A stretch of DNA of 64,000 bases from Chitinophaga pinensis. GTDB lineage: Bacteria > Bacteroidota > Bacteroidia > NS11-12g > UBA955. Below, in pieces: positions 1 through 9,043 of this stretch. The notes below the pieces were generated by a model. It saw only the letters and a list, made by a program, of their open reading frames with translations, searched no databases and had not been told where the DNA came from. The stretch covers positions 7,173 to 71,172 of the forward strand of contig CAMDUE010000009.1 in assembly GCA_945877575.1 (NCBI GenBank). The letters run 5' to 3'. A program made the position numbers and the translations under genes. Every line of letters begins with the position of its first letter. The stretch's first letter is position 1.

Positions 1-467
1 GGGCCGAGAACGTAATGATTGTAGACCTGGTGAGAAACGATTTGTCTATGGTTTCTAAGGTGGGAACGGTTGAGGTGGTAGAATTGTGTGAAATATATAC
101 CTTTAGCCATGTGCATCAAATGATATCAACGGTGGTATCTGAGATCGAGATAGGGAAGGGTTTTGAAGATGTTTTAGAAGCAACTTTTCCAATGGGAAGC
201 ATGACCGGAGCTCCTAAAATTGAGGTTATGAAATACATTGATTCGATGGAAGATTTTACCCGCACCGGGTACAGCGGAAGTTTGGGATATTGGCACGATG
301 GAGACTTCGACCTGAACGTAGTAATTCGAGGTTATGAATATGCGGAAAATAAACTCAGTTATTCTGTAGGCGGAGCAATAACCTATGACAGCATAGCTCA
401 AGATGAATGGGATGAATGCCAAACTAAAGCGAGTACGGTAAGAAGCGTTTATGCTTCGAATTTGTAG
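1..467 (+). CDS. Chorismate-binding enzyme, C-terminal part (aminodeoxychorismate synthase component I or anthranilate synthase component I); 5' end lies outside the window
   Basis: The frame is open from position 3 (AENVMIVDLVRNDLS). It carries the chorismate-utilising motifs IVDLVRNDL, GAPK and GYSGSLGY. PabB versus TrpE cannot be decided from this fragment. Confidence 0.8.
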   Translation, partial: AENVMIVDLVRNDLSMVSKVGTVEVVELCEIYTFSHVHQMISTVVSEIEIGKGFEDVLEATFPMGSMTGAPKIEVMKYIDSMEDFTRTGYSGSLGYWHDGDFDLNVVIRGYEYAENKLSYSVGGAITYDSIAQDEWDECQTKASTVRSVYASNL

Positions 468-1135
468 CCTACACCTTTAACGGTGAAAATAAAACGATCA
501 TCTAGTTTTTCACGGATTTTACGCACGTGAACATCAATGGTTCTATCTACAACAAGAACTTCATTTCCCCACACGTTCTCAAGAATTTCATCTCTGGAGA
601 ATACTCTACCAGGTTTTGAGGCAAGGAACGACAATAATTCAAATTCTTTTCGAGGAAATTGGAGAGAGTTTCCTTGGTACACAACCATGAAACGTTCGCG
701 GTCAATGATTAAATCACCAAACTCTAACTTTATCTGGGGAGTTTCAACGGTACCGGTATTTCTTCGAAGAATGGCTTTGATTCTGCTGGTGAGCACTCTG
801 GTGCGGATAGGTTTAGCAATGTAATCATCAGCTCCAGCTTCAAAACCAGCAAGTTCAGCAAATTCTTCGCTTCTTGCAGTTAAGAATATAATGGGAATTT
901 GTTGGGTTGCAGGATCTTCTTTAAGCTGTCTGCAAGCTTCCATTCCGTCCATTACAGGCATCATGACATCCATGAGGATGAGGTCAGGTAGGACTTTAGC
1001 CGTCTTTTCAATGGCTTGTTGTCCGTTAACGGCGATGTGAACCTCGTAGCCTTCTTTGTTTAGTGCGTGTCTAATCAACTCGAGAATGTCCTGTTCGTCG
1101 TCAACAATTAAAATTTTAGAAGACTTCTTAATCAT
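449..1135 (-). CDS. Two-component response regulator, OmpR/PhoB family (receiver domain plus winged-helix domain)
   Basis: ILIVDDE...D...LMDVMMP...K receiver motifs and a C-terminal winged-helix region (RFMVVYQGNSLQFPRKEFELLSFLASKPGRVFSRDEIL). No histidine kinase gene is adjacent. Confidence 0.9.
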   Translation of the reverse strand: MIKKSSKILIVDDEQDILELIRHALNKEGYEVHIAVNGQQAIEKTAKVLPDLILMDVMMPVMDGMEACRQLKEDPATQQIPIIFLTARSEEFAELAGFEAGADDYIAKPIRTRVLTSRIKAILRRNTGTVETPQIKLEFGDLIIDRERFMVVYQGNSLQFPRKEFELLSFLASKPGRVFSRDEILENVWGNEVLVVDRTIDVHVRKIREKLDDRFIFTVKGVGYKFEA

Positions 1136-1183
1136 GAAGTTACAAATTAATCTTCTAAAATTAACGAGAATGTTACGCCAAGG

Positions 1184-2413
1184 TTAATTGGTTGTTGTTT
1201 TTTCAAGCAATTCAGCCAGCTTTTCTTCTAATTGGTCGCCTCTCAATCCTTTAGCAATGATTCTTCCTTCACGGTCCAATAAAATGGTTTGAGGAATAGA
1301 ATGAACTTGGTATAATTGTGCAGCACTGCTTTGCCAACCCATCAAATCACTCACATGCAACCACTCTAATTGATCAGCTGCAATAGCACCTTTCCAACGG
1401 CTTGCATCGTTGTCAAGAGATACGCCGTAAATTTCAAATCCTTTGTCTTTAAATCTTTGATAAACTCGGCGCACATTTGGATTTTCTCTTCTGCAGGGAC
1501 CGCACCAACTTGCCCAAAAATCGATCAGTACTACCTTTCCTTTGAGGCTGCTAAGTTTAATGATGTTTCCTTCTGGAGATTTCAGTTGAATATCTGGAGC
1601 AACAGCACCATCCATTAAGGATGCCTCTTTGGTGAATTTATTTTCTATTTCCTGGGTATATTTAGAATTAGGGTCAGCAGCTTTAGCGCAATTTACGGCA
1701 TGTTGCATTAGTTTATAATCGGGAGATTGTATTGCTCCATAACTGATTGCGAAATAGGGAATAAAACCTTTGGTTTGATTGAGCGCGGTGTTTTTGACAA
1801 AATCATCTCTTTCTTGCATCAATTTGGCATACTGATAGCGCAATTCTTCGGCTTTTTTAGCGCCTTCTTCGTTTTGAGTGAGTCCTTGAGCAGTTCTTTC
1901 TAAAGCAGCTACTTCCTTTGCAAACGATTGATTCATGTTGATCAATGTTTTTAGAATTTTGCTATCTTCAAGTTCATTCCCTTCTATGTTGTAATCTACG
2001 AAAGATCCTACTAATGAGAGATTGATGCTTAGTTTTGATTTATTGTCTAAAGCCAAATAAACACTGCTTTGAGGCCCCATTTGAAGTTGGCAGAAAATTT
2101 GTTCTTTTGTATTGCCAGTGAGTTTGAATTTACCCGCTTTATCGGTTCTGCAGCTATCTATAAAAACCAATTTTGATGGAGTGAGCTCCCACAGTATCAA
2201 TAAATGTTCTGGTGAGTTTTTAATAGAACCAGAAATTGAAAACCCATTATCTACTTTTTCTAAGGTGGTTTTATTTGGTGTTACAAGGTCTAACATCCAT
2301 TGGTTGATGTCAGATTTTATCTCATTAGCTTCTAGTTTGTTGCAGCTGCTTATCAAAAATGAAAAGGCTACAATTGCAGTCAAGCGGAACATAGATTTCA
2401 GCATAGAAATCAA
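1184..2413 (-). CDS. TlpA/ResA-like thiol:disulfide oxidoreductase lipoprotein (thioredoxin fold with an N-terminal DUF4369-like domain)
   Basis: Lipoprotein signal (…FLISSC) and a C-terminal thioredoxin domain with WASWCGPC. Confidence 0.8.
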   Translation of the reverse strand: MISMLKSMFRLTAIVAFSFLISSCNKLEANEIKSDINQWMLDLVTPNKTTLEKVDNGFSISGSIKNSPEHLLILWELTPSKLVFIDSCRTDKAGKFKLTGNTKEQIFCQLQMGPQSSVYLALDNKSKLSINLSLVGSFVDYNIEGNELEDSKILKTLINMNQSFAKEVAALERTAQGLTQNEEGAKKAEELRYQYAKLMQERDDFVKNTALNQTKGFIPYFAISYGAIQSPDYKLMQHAVNCAKAADPNSKYTQEIENKFTKEASLMDGAVAPDIQLKSPEGNIIKLSSLKGKVVLIDFWASWCGPCRRENPNVRRVYQRFKDKGFEIYGVSLDNDASRWKGAIAADQLEWLHVSDLMGWQSSAAQLYQVHSIPQTILLDREGRIIAKGLRGDQLEEKLAELLEKTTTN

Positions 2414-2464
2414 AGATACAACAAAGACCTAAAAAGTTGCTTTCAAATAGGTAAAAGGATGTAT

Positions 2465-3133
2465 TTACAAGACGATTTTATCTTGAACTGACTTTGGATG
2501 GGTGGCGTTTTCAACACAATAATCTCCAATTTTGGTGCGCCTCAAATTGGTTAAGTAAGCACCTGAATTCAGAGCAATACCATAATCGCGGGCCAAAGAT
2601 CGAATATAGGTACCCTTTCCGCATTTCACCCTGAAGTCTACTTGTGGTAATTCAATTCTGGTCAATTCAAATTCGTAAATGGTGATGACTTTACTTTTGA
2701 TTTCAGCCGTACCGCCTTTTCTAGCAATATCATACGCTCTTTGACCGTCAATTTTTACGGCCGAAAATAAGGGCGGAGTTTGCTGGATTTCACCCATGAA
2801 TTGTTTAAGAGTTTCTTGTAATAACTCGGGGGTGATGTGTTCTGTAGGATATTTTGCATCTGTTTCGGTTTCAAGGTCGAAACTAGGCGTAGTTTCACCC
2901 AAAACAAAAGTTCCGGTGTATTCTTTGGGTTGCGCTTGAATTTCTTCGATTGATTTGGTCATTTTGCCTGTACACATAATGAGCAAGCCTGTTGCCAATG
3001 GGTCTAATGTACCCGCATGTCCAATTTTCTTACACTTTAGTTCGTATTTTACCTTTTTGACCGCTTGGAAGGACGTCCATCCAATGGGTTTATCAATTAA
3101 AATTACTCGGGCAGGTTCAGGGATGATCGACAC
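2465..3133 (-). CDS. truB: tRNA pseudouridine(55) synthase
   Basis: ILIDKPIGWTSF...HAGTLDPLATGLL is the TruB catalytic Asp motif region. Confidence 0.9.
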   Translation of the reverse strand: MSIIPEPARVILIDKPIGWTSFQAVKKVKYELKCKKIGHAGTLDPLATGLLIMCTGKMTKSIEEIQAQPKEYTGTFVLGETTPSFDLETETDAKYPTEHITPELLQETLKQFMGEIQQTPPLFSAVKIDGQRAYDIARKGGTAEIKSKVITIYEFELTRIELPQVDFRVKCGKGTYIRSLARDYGIALNSGAYLTNLRRTKIGDYCVENATHPKSVQDKIVL

Positions 3134-3135
3134 GC

Positions 3136-5127
3136 TTATTCTATGATGATTTTTTGAGTGTGAATGGCTTCTTTCTTGGGATGTTTTAAGCGCTCTAAAT
3201 TGTCAATAGGTGTATTCTTATATAAATTCAAAACGTAAATACCGGGACTTAAATTGTGTGTATGCAACCTGTAGATGTTGGTGCCAGTTACTGGGGTGAA
3301 AATAAATGAATGTTGTCCGTGATCATTGGTAGAAGAAGCACCCGATAGTTTAGTTAATACACCTTGCATCGTTTCATTGAGTTGGCCTTTCCATTCAATA
3401 TTTACAATGCCGTTGTTAGATGGTACCGGAAATATTCTCACACTTGCAATGGGTTGCTTCCAAACGCTATCGGCAATTTTAATTCTAGAAATGAAAGAAC
3501 TCATGGCATTGTTGCGGCCATAACTTCCCACAGTATAAAATACTCCTGGTTCATTGAATTTCCATTGGATGCCTTCATAATCGCCCCATCTCTGCATGTC
3601 AGGGTCAATTCCAAAATACGCAATGCGCGTTTGACCTTCTTTGATTTTGAGGAAATCAGAATATTCACCGTAACGATTTTGATAAATTACTCCCATGCCA
3701 GGCATATGATATTGCGAAGTATAAACTGCTGTTGTGATGGTGCTTGGATCTCCGTTACGGTCGCTTACGAAAGCCATTGCAGGGTAACCGAATTCCATTG
3801 AATCATGGGTTATTAGGTGTGAACGAATGTCTGCATCCCAAGAAAAGCTACTCACAAAATTTGGTTTATTGATGTAAACATGTGAGTGCATTAAATGGGC
3901 TTGTTTGGTTTCGAAATTCATGGAATTCTGCATGAATTGAATGTGGTCACCATCTCTAATTGCCGTTAAAACGCGAGTATCGTTGGTGCGAAGTCTGAAT
4001 TTAAAACCTGTATCTGGTTGTAAAGCATTGGGAGGGAAGCCATAAAATTGATTGGTTTTCAGCGCTAACAACTCATGCGAGGCCATTCCGCTGGCTTGAG
4101 TGTTGGTGATTTTATGGATGTAAACGGTGTCATTTTTTTCGGAAACAGACTTTACACTCACAAAATAGTTGTCGGTGCCGTTGGGCATAGGTCCGTTTTG
4201 TGCGGGACATATATTTCGAACAATAATACCATCGTGTTTTATGTTGGTATACACGTTCTTCCTGAGTGGTTTCCCTTCGTAACCATCTGATTTTCGAAGT
4301 TGCCAAATGAGAGATTCTCTGAATCCTTCTTCCCAACTAGCGCCGTTCCCTAAAAGATTAACGGTAAAAAAGAAGTCTTCTTTGGTTTGTGAAACAATAG
4401 GATAATCACTCCAAACGCTATCACCCACGGGGTTGCCGGTAACCATATAAACGTTCCAAGGTTTCAATGGATCACCAGCGCTGGAAAATCCAACAACAAT
4501 AAAACTTGTTTTATCAGTGGTGCCGTGCATATAAAGTACAATGAAGCGGTCTTCGTAAGGGTCGTAAACCACCCTAGGGTCATAAATTCTATCTAAAGTG
4601 GGGAGGTTGTCAACTTTGTTATTGGTATTTGGGTAGAACTGCAATGACCATGATTTGATGACCTTCCCGGTATCGTTATGCACTCTGATGGTGGTATTCA
4701 TCACCGAGATAATTTGGCCATTGTTGGCCACTGCAATGTGGTTGTCATTGGGAGTGCCGGTGCCCAGGAATCCGTTGATGTTTTTTTGGATTTCAGGATT
4801 TAATGAAACTGGATTAGCTGCTTCAGAACCATGAACGCTGCGTTTTTTGATGTTTTTGGACTTTAAAAACTCTGTTCTTTCGTCGTTTATTTTTTTTGCG
4901 GTGGATGCTTTAATTCCGCCCGGCAACGGCATTTCTCTTGACTTTTCGGTTAATGGTTCTACCCACAAATTGGGGACAGAGTCTGGGTAGAAAATATTGT
5001 GACGTGGGGTAATCAAATCGCGAATTACTTTCGTTTCGGAAGTTTGCGCATTCAATGAAGTGGAAAAAATGGTCAGACAAAAAGCGATAATTGCAAAGTA
5101 ATTTGATTTCATAGGCTTTTGATTCAT
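3136..5127 (-). CDS. Secreted hypothetical protein with a T9SS C-terminal sorting domain
   Basis: N-terminal signal peptide (MKSNYFAIIAFCLTIFSTSLNAQ). The last ~85 aa look like a type A Por_Secre_tail (RIFPVPSNNGIVNIEW...LSPGIYVLNLYKNT). No passenger domain was recognised. Confidence 0.6.
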   Translation of the reverse strand: MNQKPMKSNYFAIIAFCLTIFSTSLNAQTSETKVIRDLITPRHNIFYPDSVPNLWVEPLTEKSREMPLPGGIKASTAKKINDERTEFLKSKNIKKRSVHGSEAANPVSLNPEIQKNINGFLGTGTPNDNHIAVANNGQIISVMNTTIRVHNDTGKVIKSWSLQFYPNTNNKVDNLPTLDRIYDPRVVYDPYEDRFIVLYMHGTTDKTSFIVVGFSSAGDPLKPWNVYMVTGNPVGDSVWSDYPIVSQTKEDFFFTVNLLGNGASWEEGFRESLIWQLRKSDGYEGKPLRKNVYTNIKHDGIIVRNICPAQNGPMPNGTDNYFVSVKSVSEKNDTVYIHKITNTQASGMASHELLALKTNQFYGFPPNALQPDTGFKFRLRTNDTRVLTAIRDGDHIQFMQNSMNFETKQAHLMHSHVYINKPNFVSSFSWDADIRSHLITHDSMEFGYPAMAFVSDRNGDPSTITTAVYTSQYHMPGMGVIYQNRYGEYSDFLKIKEGQTRIAYFGIDPDMQRWGDYEGIQWKFNEPGVFYTVGSYGRNNAMSSFISRIKIADSVWKQPIASVRIFPVPSNNGIVNIEWKGQLNETMQGVLTKLSGASSTNDHGQHSFIFTPVTGTNIYRLHTHNLSPGIYVLNLYKNTPIDNLERLKHPKKEAIHTQKIIIE

Positions 5128-5133
5128 ACGAAT

Positions 5134-6147
5134 TTACCAAATATTCACTTCGAATTCTAGGTGCACACCGAATTTATTTGCAACATCGGTTTGGATTTCA
5201 GTAGCAAGTTGTTGAATTTCAGCGCCTGTCCCGCCGCCATAGTGCACCAAGACCAAGGCTTGTTTTTCATGAACGCCAACATGTGATCTTTTATGGCCTT
5301 TCCAACCTGATTTTTCAATGAGCCAAGCTGCCGGGATTTTTACCAATGATCCCGAGGCTGGGAAAATTTTTAAATCAGGATGATTAGATTGGATTTTTTC
5401 TGCGAGGGATTTTTCAATAACCGGGTTTTTGAAAAACGAACCCGAATTTCCTAGAATAGCAGGATCAGGTAATTTAGATTTTCGTATTTCAATAACCGCA
5501 TTGCTTACATCTTTGATGGTGGGATTCAAGATGTTTTTTTGGTTCAATGTGTTTTGAATGTCTCCGTATTGGGTATTTATTTTTGCAATTTTACTAAGTC
5601 TTAATATAACGGATGTAATGATGTATTTGCCTTTGCCTTGATGTTTGAAGTAGCTATCTCTATATCCAAATTGGCATTGATCAAGATTGAAATTTTCAAT
5701 GTTTCCAGTTTCAATATTGAATGCCTTGAGCGACTCAAATACATCTTTCAGTTCAGTGCCGTAAGCTCCAATATTTTGGATGGGTGCAGCCCCAATACAG
5801 CCTGGAATAAGACTCATATTTTCAATTCCATACCATTCATTTTCAACGCAGTACAAAACACATTGATGCCAATTTTCGCCGGCGCCAAATTCAACACATA
5901 CATACTCATCGGTTTCTTGGTTTTTTTCAATTCCTGGGATTCTAACAAGCAAAATGGGCTCTTGAATGTTTTGAGTGAGTAGCAAATTTGAACCGCCGCT
6001 AATAACTCTGAACGGTGACTTGAAAAAGTCTTCGGCATAGAGTTTTTCAAGTTGTTCTTTGTTCTCAATTTTAATCAGTTCATATCCTTGAACATCAAAC
6101 CCAAAAGTATTGTAGGGTAACAATGAGTTATTTACTTCTGAAAGCAC
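5134..6147 (-). CDS. murB: UDP-N-acetylenolpyruvoylglucosamine reductase
   Basis: FAD-binding N-terminal region (FRVISGGSNLL) and the MurB C-terminal domain (LIEKSGWKGHKRSHVGVHEKQALVLVH). Confidence 0.9.
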   Translation of the reverse strand: MLSEVNNSLLPYNTFGFDVQGYELIKIENKEQLEKLYAEDFFKSPFRVISGGSNLLLTQNIQEPILLVRIPGIEKNQETDEYVCVEFGAGENWHQCVLYCVENEWYGIENMSLIPGCIGAAPIQNIGAYGTELKDVFESLKAFNIETGNIENFNLDQCQFGYRDSYFKHQGKGKYIITSVILRLSKIAKINTQYGDIQNTLNQKNILNPTIKDVSNAVIEIRKSKLPDPAILGNSGSFFKNPVIEKSLAEKIQSNHPDLKIFPASGSLVKIPAAWLIEKSGWKGHKRSHVGVHEKQALVLVHYGGGTGAEIQQLATEIQTDVANKFGVHLEFEVNIW

Positions 6148-6224
6148 GCTGCAATTTACGTCTGTGTCGTTCGGCTTGCCAAATATTTAATTTTTTTTGT
6201 TGATTGTTTCAAACATATTGAAGG

Positions 6225-6701
6225 GTGTTTTGTTTAATCATTAGTATGAATGCTTTGACAAATACTTTGGTGTTTTTAGGGTTTTTTATTTTCATGGAGG
6301 CATTTGCTTGGTTTACTCACAAATATGTGATGCACGGATTTATGTGGATCTGGCACAAAAGTCATCACGAACCAAGACACGGAGCCTTTGAATTGAACGA
6401 TTTGTTCGGATTCATGTTTGCATTACCCTCAGTTATCTTAATTGTGTTGGGTTCAGACGGATTTGATTGGAGATTTTTTGCTGGATTGGGGATAGCCGGT
6501 TATGGATTGGCTTATTTCTTGGTTCACGATGTTTTTGTTCATCAAAGGGTTAAGTGGTTAAAAAGAACCAATCAACCTTACTTCCGCGCAATGCGCATGA
6601 CTCACCATTTACATCATGCCGTGCATTCTAAACAGGGTGCCGAAGCATTCGGTTTCTTATTTGTATTACCTAAATTCTATAAACGCTTCAATGGCAAATA
6701 A
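6225..6701 (+). CDS. crtZ: Beta-carotene 3-hydroxylase (fatty-acid hydroxylase superfamily)
   Basis: Histidine boxes HKSHHEPR, VHDVFVHQR and HHLHHAV; the N-terminus aligns with Pantoea CrtZ. An alternative start at the ATG of 6246 (MNALTNTL…) is possible. The 3' end overlaps crtI by 11 bp. Confidence 0.85.
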   Translation: MFCLIISMNALTNTLVFLGFFIFMEAFAWFTHKYVMHGFMWIWHKSHHEPRHGAFELNDLFGFMFALPSVILIVLGSDGFDWRFFAGLGIAGYGLAYFLVHDVFVHQRVKWLKRTNQPYFRAMRMTHHLHHAVHSKQGAEAFGFLFVLPKFYKRFNGK

Positions 6702-8175
6702 AACAGTTACAATAGTAGGGGCAGGGCTCGGTTCCTTAGCAACAGCGCTTCGACTTTCTTACAAGGGGTATCAAGTGCATATTTTGGAAAAGCAGGAAAG
6801 GGCCGGAGGTCGTTTGAATTTGCTTGAGAAGGATGGATTTACATTTGATATTGGTCCTTCGTTCTTTTCAATGAGTTATGAATTTAGAGAGTTATTTGAC
6901 AGTATTGGAGAACCCATACCCTTTGAGTTGGTAGAGTTAAATCCTTTATATACAGTCAATATGGCGGGCCAAGATAGGGTGTTTCAAATCTATAAAGACC
7001 TTGGAAAGCTGGCAGAGGAGTTTAAAGGAATTGAAGATGATTTTGAAGTTAAGGCTCGTAAATATTTAAAAGGAGCTCGTGAAATCTTCCACGATACCGA
7101 GTACAAAGTAATCAAAAAGAACTTTGATAGTATTCTAGGTTTCTTGATGTCAATGGCAACTGTGCCTATGAAGCATTTGCCTAAAATGTTCAGAACATTC
7201 TGGGAGGAATTAGAGAGACATTTTGATTCAGAGGAAGTAAAAATTATTTTTTCGTTGGTGGCTTTCTTCTTGGGTGCTACACCATTCAATACACCGTCAG
7301 TCTATAATTTGTTGAATTACACGGAGCTTGAGCATGACGGATACTGGAATGTGAAAGGTGGAATGTATAAAATTGTAGATGGGATACTCGGATTGCTAGA
7401 CAAAAAAGGGGTAACTATTCAGTACAACACGGAAATTAAGTCCGTAAAACACAACTGTGGCAAACTTACATCGGCTATGGATCAAAACGGGAAGGAGTAC
7501 ACTTCTGATGTGTTTGTGATTAATGCAGATGCGGCTTGGTTCCGTGGACATTTCTTGGGTAGAAAGAAATATTCAGTAGAAAAATTAGATAAGCTGGAAT
7601 GGACTTTGGCGCCATTCACCATTTATTTGGGTATTAAGGGACAAATTCCGGGAATACATCACCACAATTATTTCTTGGGAGATAATTTCAAAGGATATGC
7701 AGATACCATTTTCCGCAGCAGCGTGGCCCCTAAAAAGCCGTATTACTATGTGAACGTTGCTAGCAAAAGTAATCCTGAATGCGCTCCTGAGGGATGTGAG
7801 AATTTGTTCATTCTATGTCCAGTTCCAGACAGGCGAGTAAAGCCCAATTGGGATGATGCAGATTCATTGGTTGACGAGATCATTGAAGATCTTGGTAGCA
7901 GAGTGAAGTTTGATATTAAAAACAATATTTTAACCAAAGTTGTTTATACACCTAATGAGTGGGAATCAATGTTCAATTTGTATCGCGGCAGCGGCTTAGG
8001 TCTTGCGCACGGTTTAAATCAAATTGGAGCATTTAGACCATCCAATAAAGACGAAGAATTAGATAATCTTTATTACGTTGGCGCAAGTACTACACCCGGT
8101 ACAGGTCTTCCGATTGTAGTGATTGGTTCAAAATTAATCTTAGAAAGAATAGAAAATGAGCATCCAACTGTTTGA
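6691..8175 (+). CDS. crtI: Phytoene desaturase
   Basis: MANKTVTIVGAGLGSLATA FAD-binding fold and a full CrtI-like length. The ORF-track start at 6616 is an upstream in-frame extension; the real ATG is at 6691, overlapping the crtZ stop. Confidence 0.9.
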   Translation: MANKTVTIVGAGLGSLATALRLSYKGYQVHILEKQERAGGRLNLLEKDGFTFDIGPSFFSMSYEFRELFDSIGEPIPFELVELNPLYTVNMAGQDRVFQIYKDLGKLAEEFKGIEDDFEVKARKYLKGAREIFHDTEYKVIKKNFDSILGFLMSMATVPMKHLPKMFRTFWEELERHFDSEEVKIIFSLVAFFLGATPFNTPSVYNLLNYTELEHDGYWNVKGGMYKIVDGILGLLDKKGVTIQYNTEIKSVKHNCGKLTSAMDQNGKEYTSDVFVINADAAWFRGHFLGRKKYSVEKLDKLEWTLAPFTIYLGIKGQIPGIHHHNYFLGDNFKGYADTIFRSSVAPKKPYYYVNVASKSNPECAPEGCENLFILCPVPDRRVKPNWDDADSLVDEIIEDLGSRVKFDIKNNILTKVVYTPNEWESMFNLYRGSGLGLAHGLNQIGAFRPSNKDEELDNLYYVGASTTPGTGLPIVVIGSKLILERIENEHPTV

Positions 8176-8995
8176 TAAAACCTCTAAACAAATCAGTAGA
8201 CAAGTGTCGCTGAACTATTCGACCAGTTTTTCGTTGGGAATCAGGTTGTTGGCAAAAGATTATCGGTGGGCCGTTTTTGCGGTTTATGGTTTTGTTCGAT
8301 TAGCAGACGAGATCGTTGACACGTTCCATGGTTTTGACAAAGAGCGTTTGTTGCGCAACTTTAAAAAGGAAACGTATCAAGCCATTGAAGATGGAATATC
8401 AACAAATCCCATTCTACATTCCTTCCAAATGGCTGCAAATCAATTTGGCATTACCCATGAGCTCATTGAACCATTTTTTCTCAGTATGGAAGAAGACCTT
8501 ACCAAGAATACTCATGACCATGGTTCTTATGACCAGTATATTTATGGGAGTGCAGAGGTAGTTGGATTGATGTGCTTGAGAATTTTTTGTCAAGGGAATC
8601 AAGAGCATTACGGTCAGTTGCTTCCTTATGCAAGAAGTTTAGGTGCAGCTTTTCAAAAGGTGAATTTTTTGAGGGATATAAAAAGTGATATTGAAGAACG
8701 CGGAAGGGTGTATTTCCCAAATGTTGATTTTCAATACTTTTCAGATACAGATAAACTTCACATCATTGAAGAGGTTAGAAAAGACTTTGATCACGCATTC
8801 ATTGGAATAAAAAAATTGCCCATTGGATGCAGATTGGGAGTGCATACAGCCTACATTTATTATCTAAAGTTGTTGGAAAAAATAGAACGTACAACGGCTA
8901 CAGATATTTTAAACAGCCGCATTCGCATACCAAACTCTCAAAAGTTGGTATTGCTTGCGCGCAGCTATGTACGTGAAAAGTTGATGTCGGCTTAA
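8156..8995 (+). CDS. crtB: Phytoene synthase
   Basis: Squalene/phytoene synthase family (YSTSFSLGIRLL...AVYGFVRLADEIVD). It overlaps the crtI 3' end by 20 bp. Confidence 0.9.
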   Translation: MSIQLFDKTSKQISRQVSLNYSTSFSLGIRLLAKDYRWAVFAVYGFVRLADEIVDTFHGFDKERLLRNFKKETYQAIEDGISTNPILHSFQMAANQFGITHELIEPFFLSMEEDLTKNTHDHGSYDQYIYGSAEVVGLMCLRIFCQGNQEHYGQLLPYARSLGAAFQKVNFLRDIKSDIEERGRVYFPNVDFQYFSDTDKLHIIEEVRKDFDHAFIGIKKLPIGCRLGVHTAYIYYLKLLEKIERTTATDILNSRIRIPNSQKLVLLARSYVREKLMSA

Positions 8996-9043
8996 CGGGT
9001 TTTGGGTTACGGGGATCGGGTTTCGGGTGACAGGGATCGGGGG
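8996..9043. repeat. G-rich spacer with at least 7 G3-5 tracts (GGG TTTT GGG TTAC GGGG ATC GGG TTTC GGG TGACA GGG ATC GGGGG) between the convergent crtB and radA stops; G-quadruplex motif and an imperfect direct repeat AC(R)GGGATCGGG
   Basis: Read directly from the sequence. It exactly fills the gap between the two stop codons. Confidence 0.7.

Noticed and set aside
537-824. A 95-aa plus-strand ORF and other short ORFs inside the response-regulator, TlpA, truB and other genes.
   Set aside because: They are antisense or out-of-frame overlaps with well-supported genes and are typical six-frame noise.
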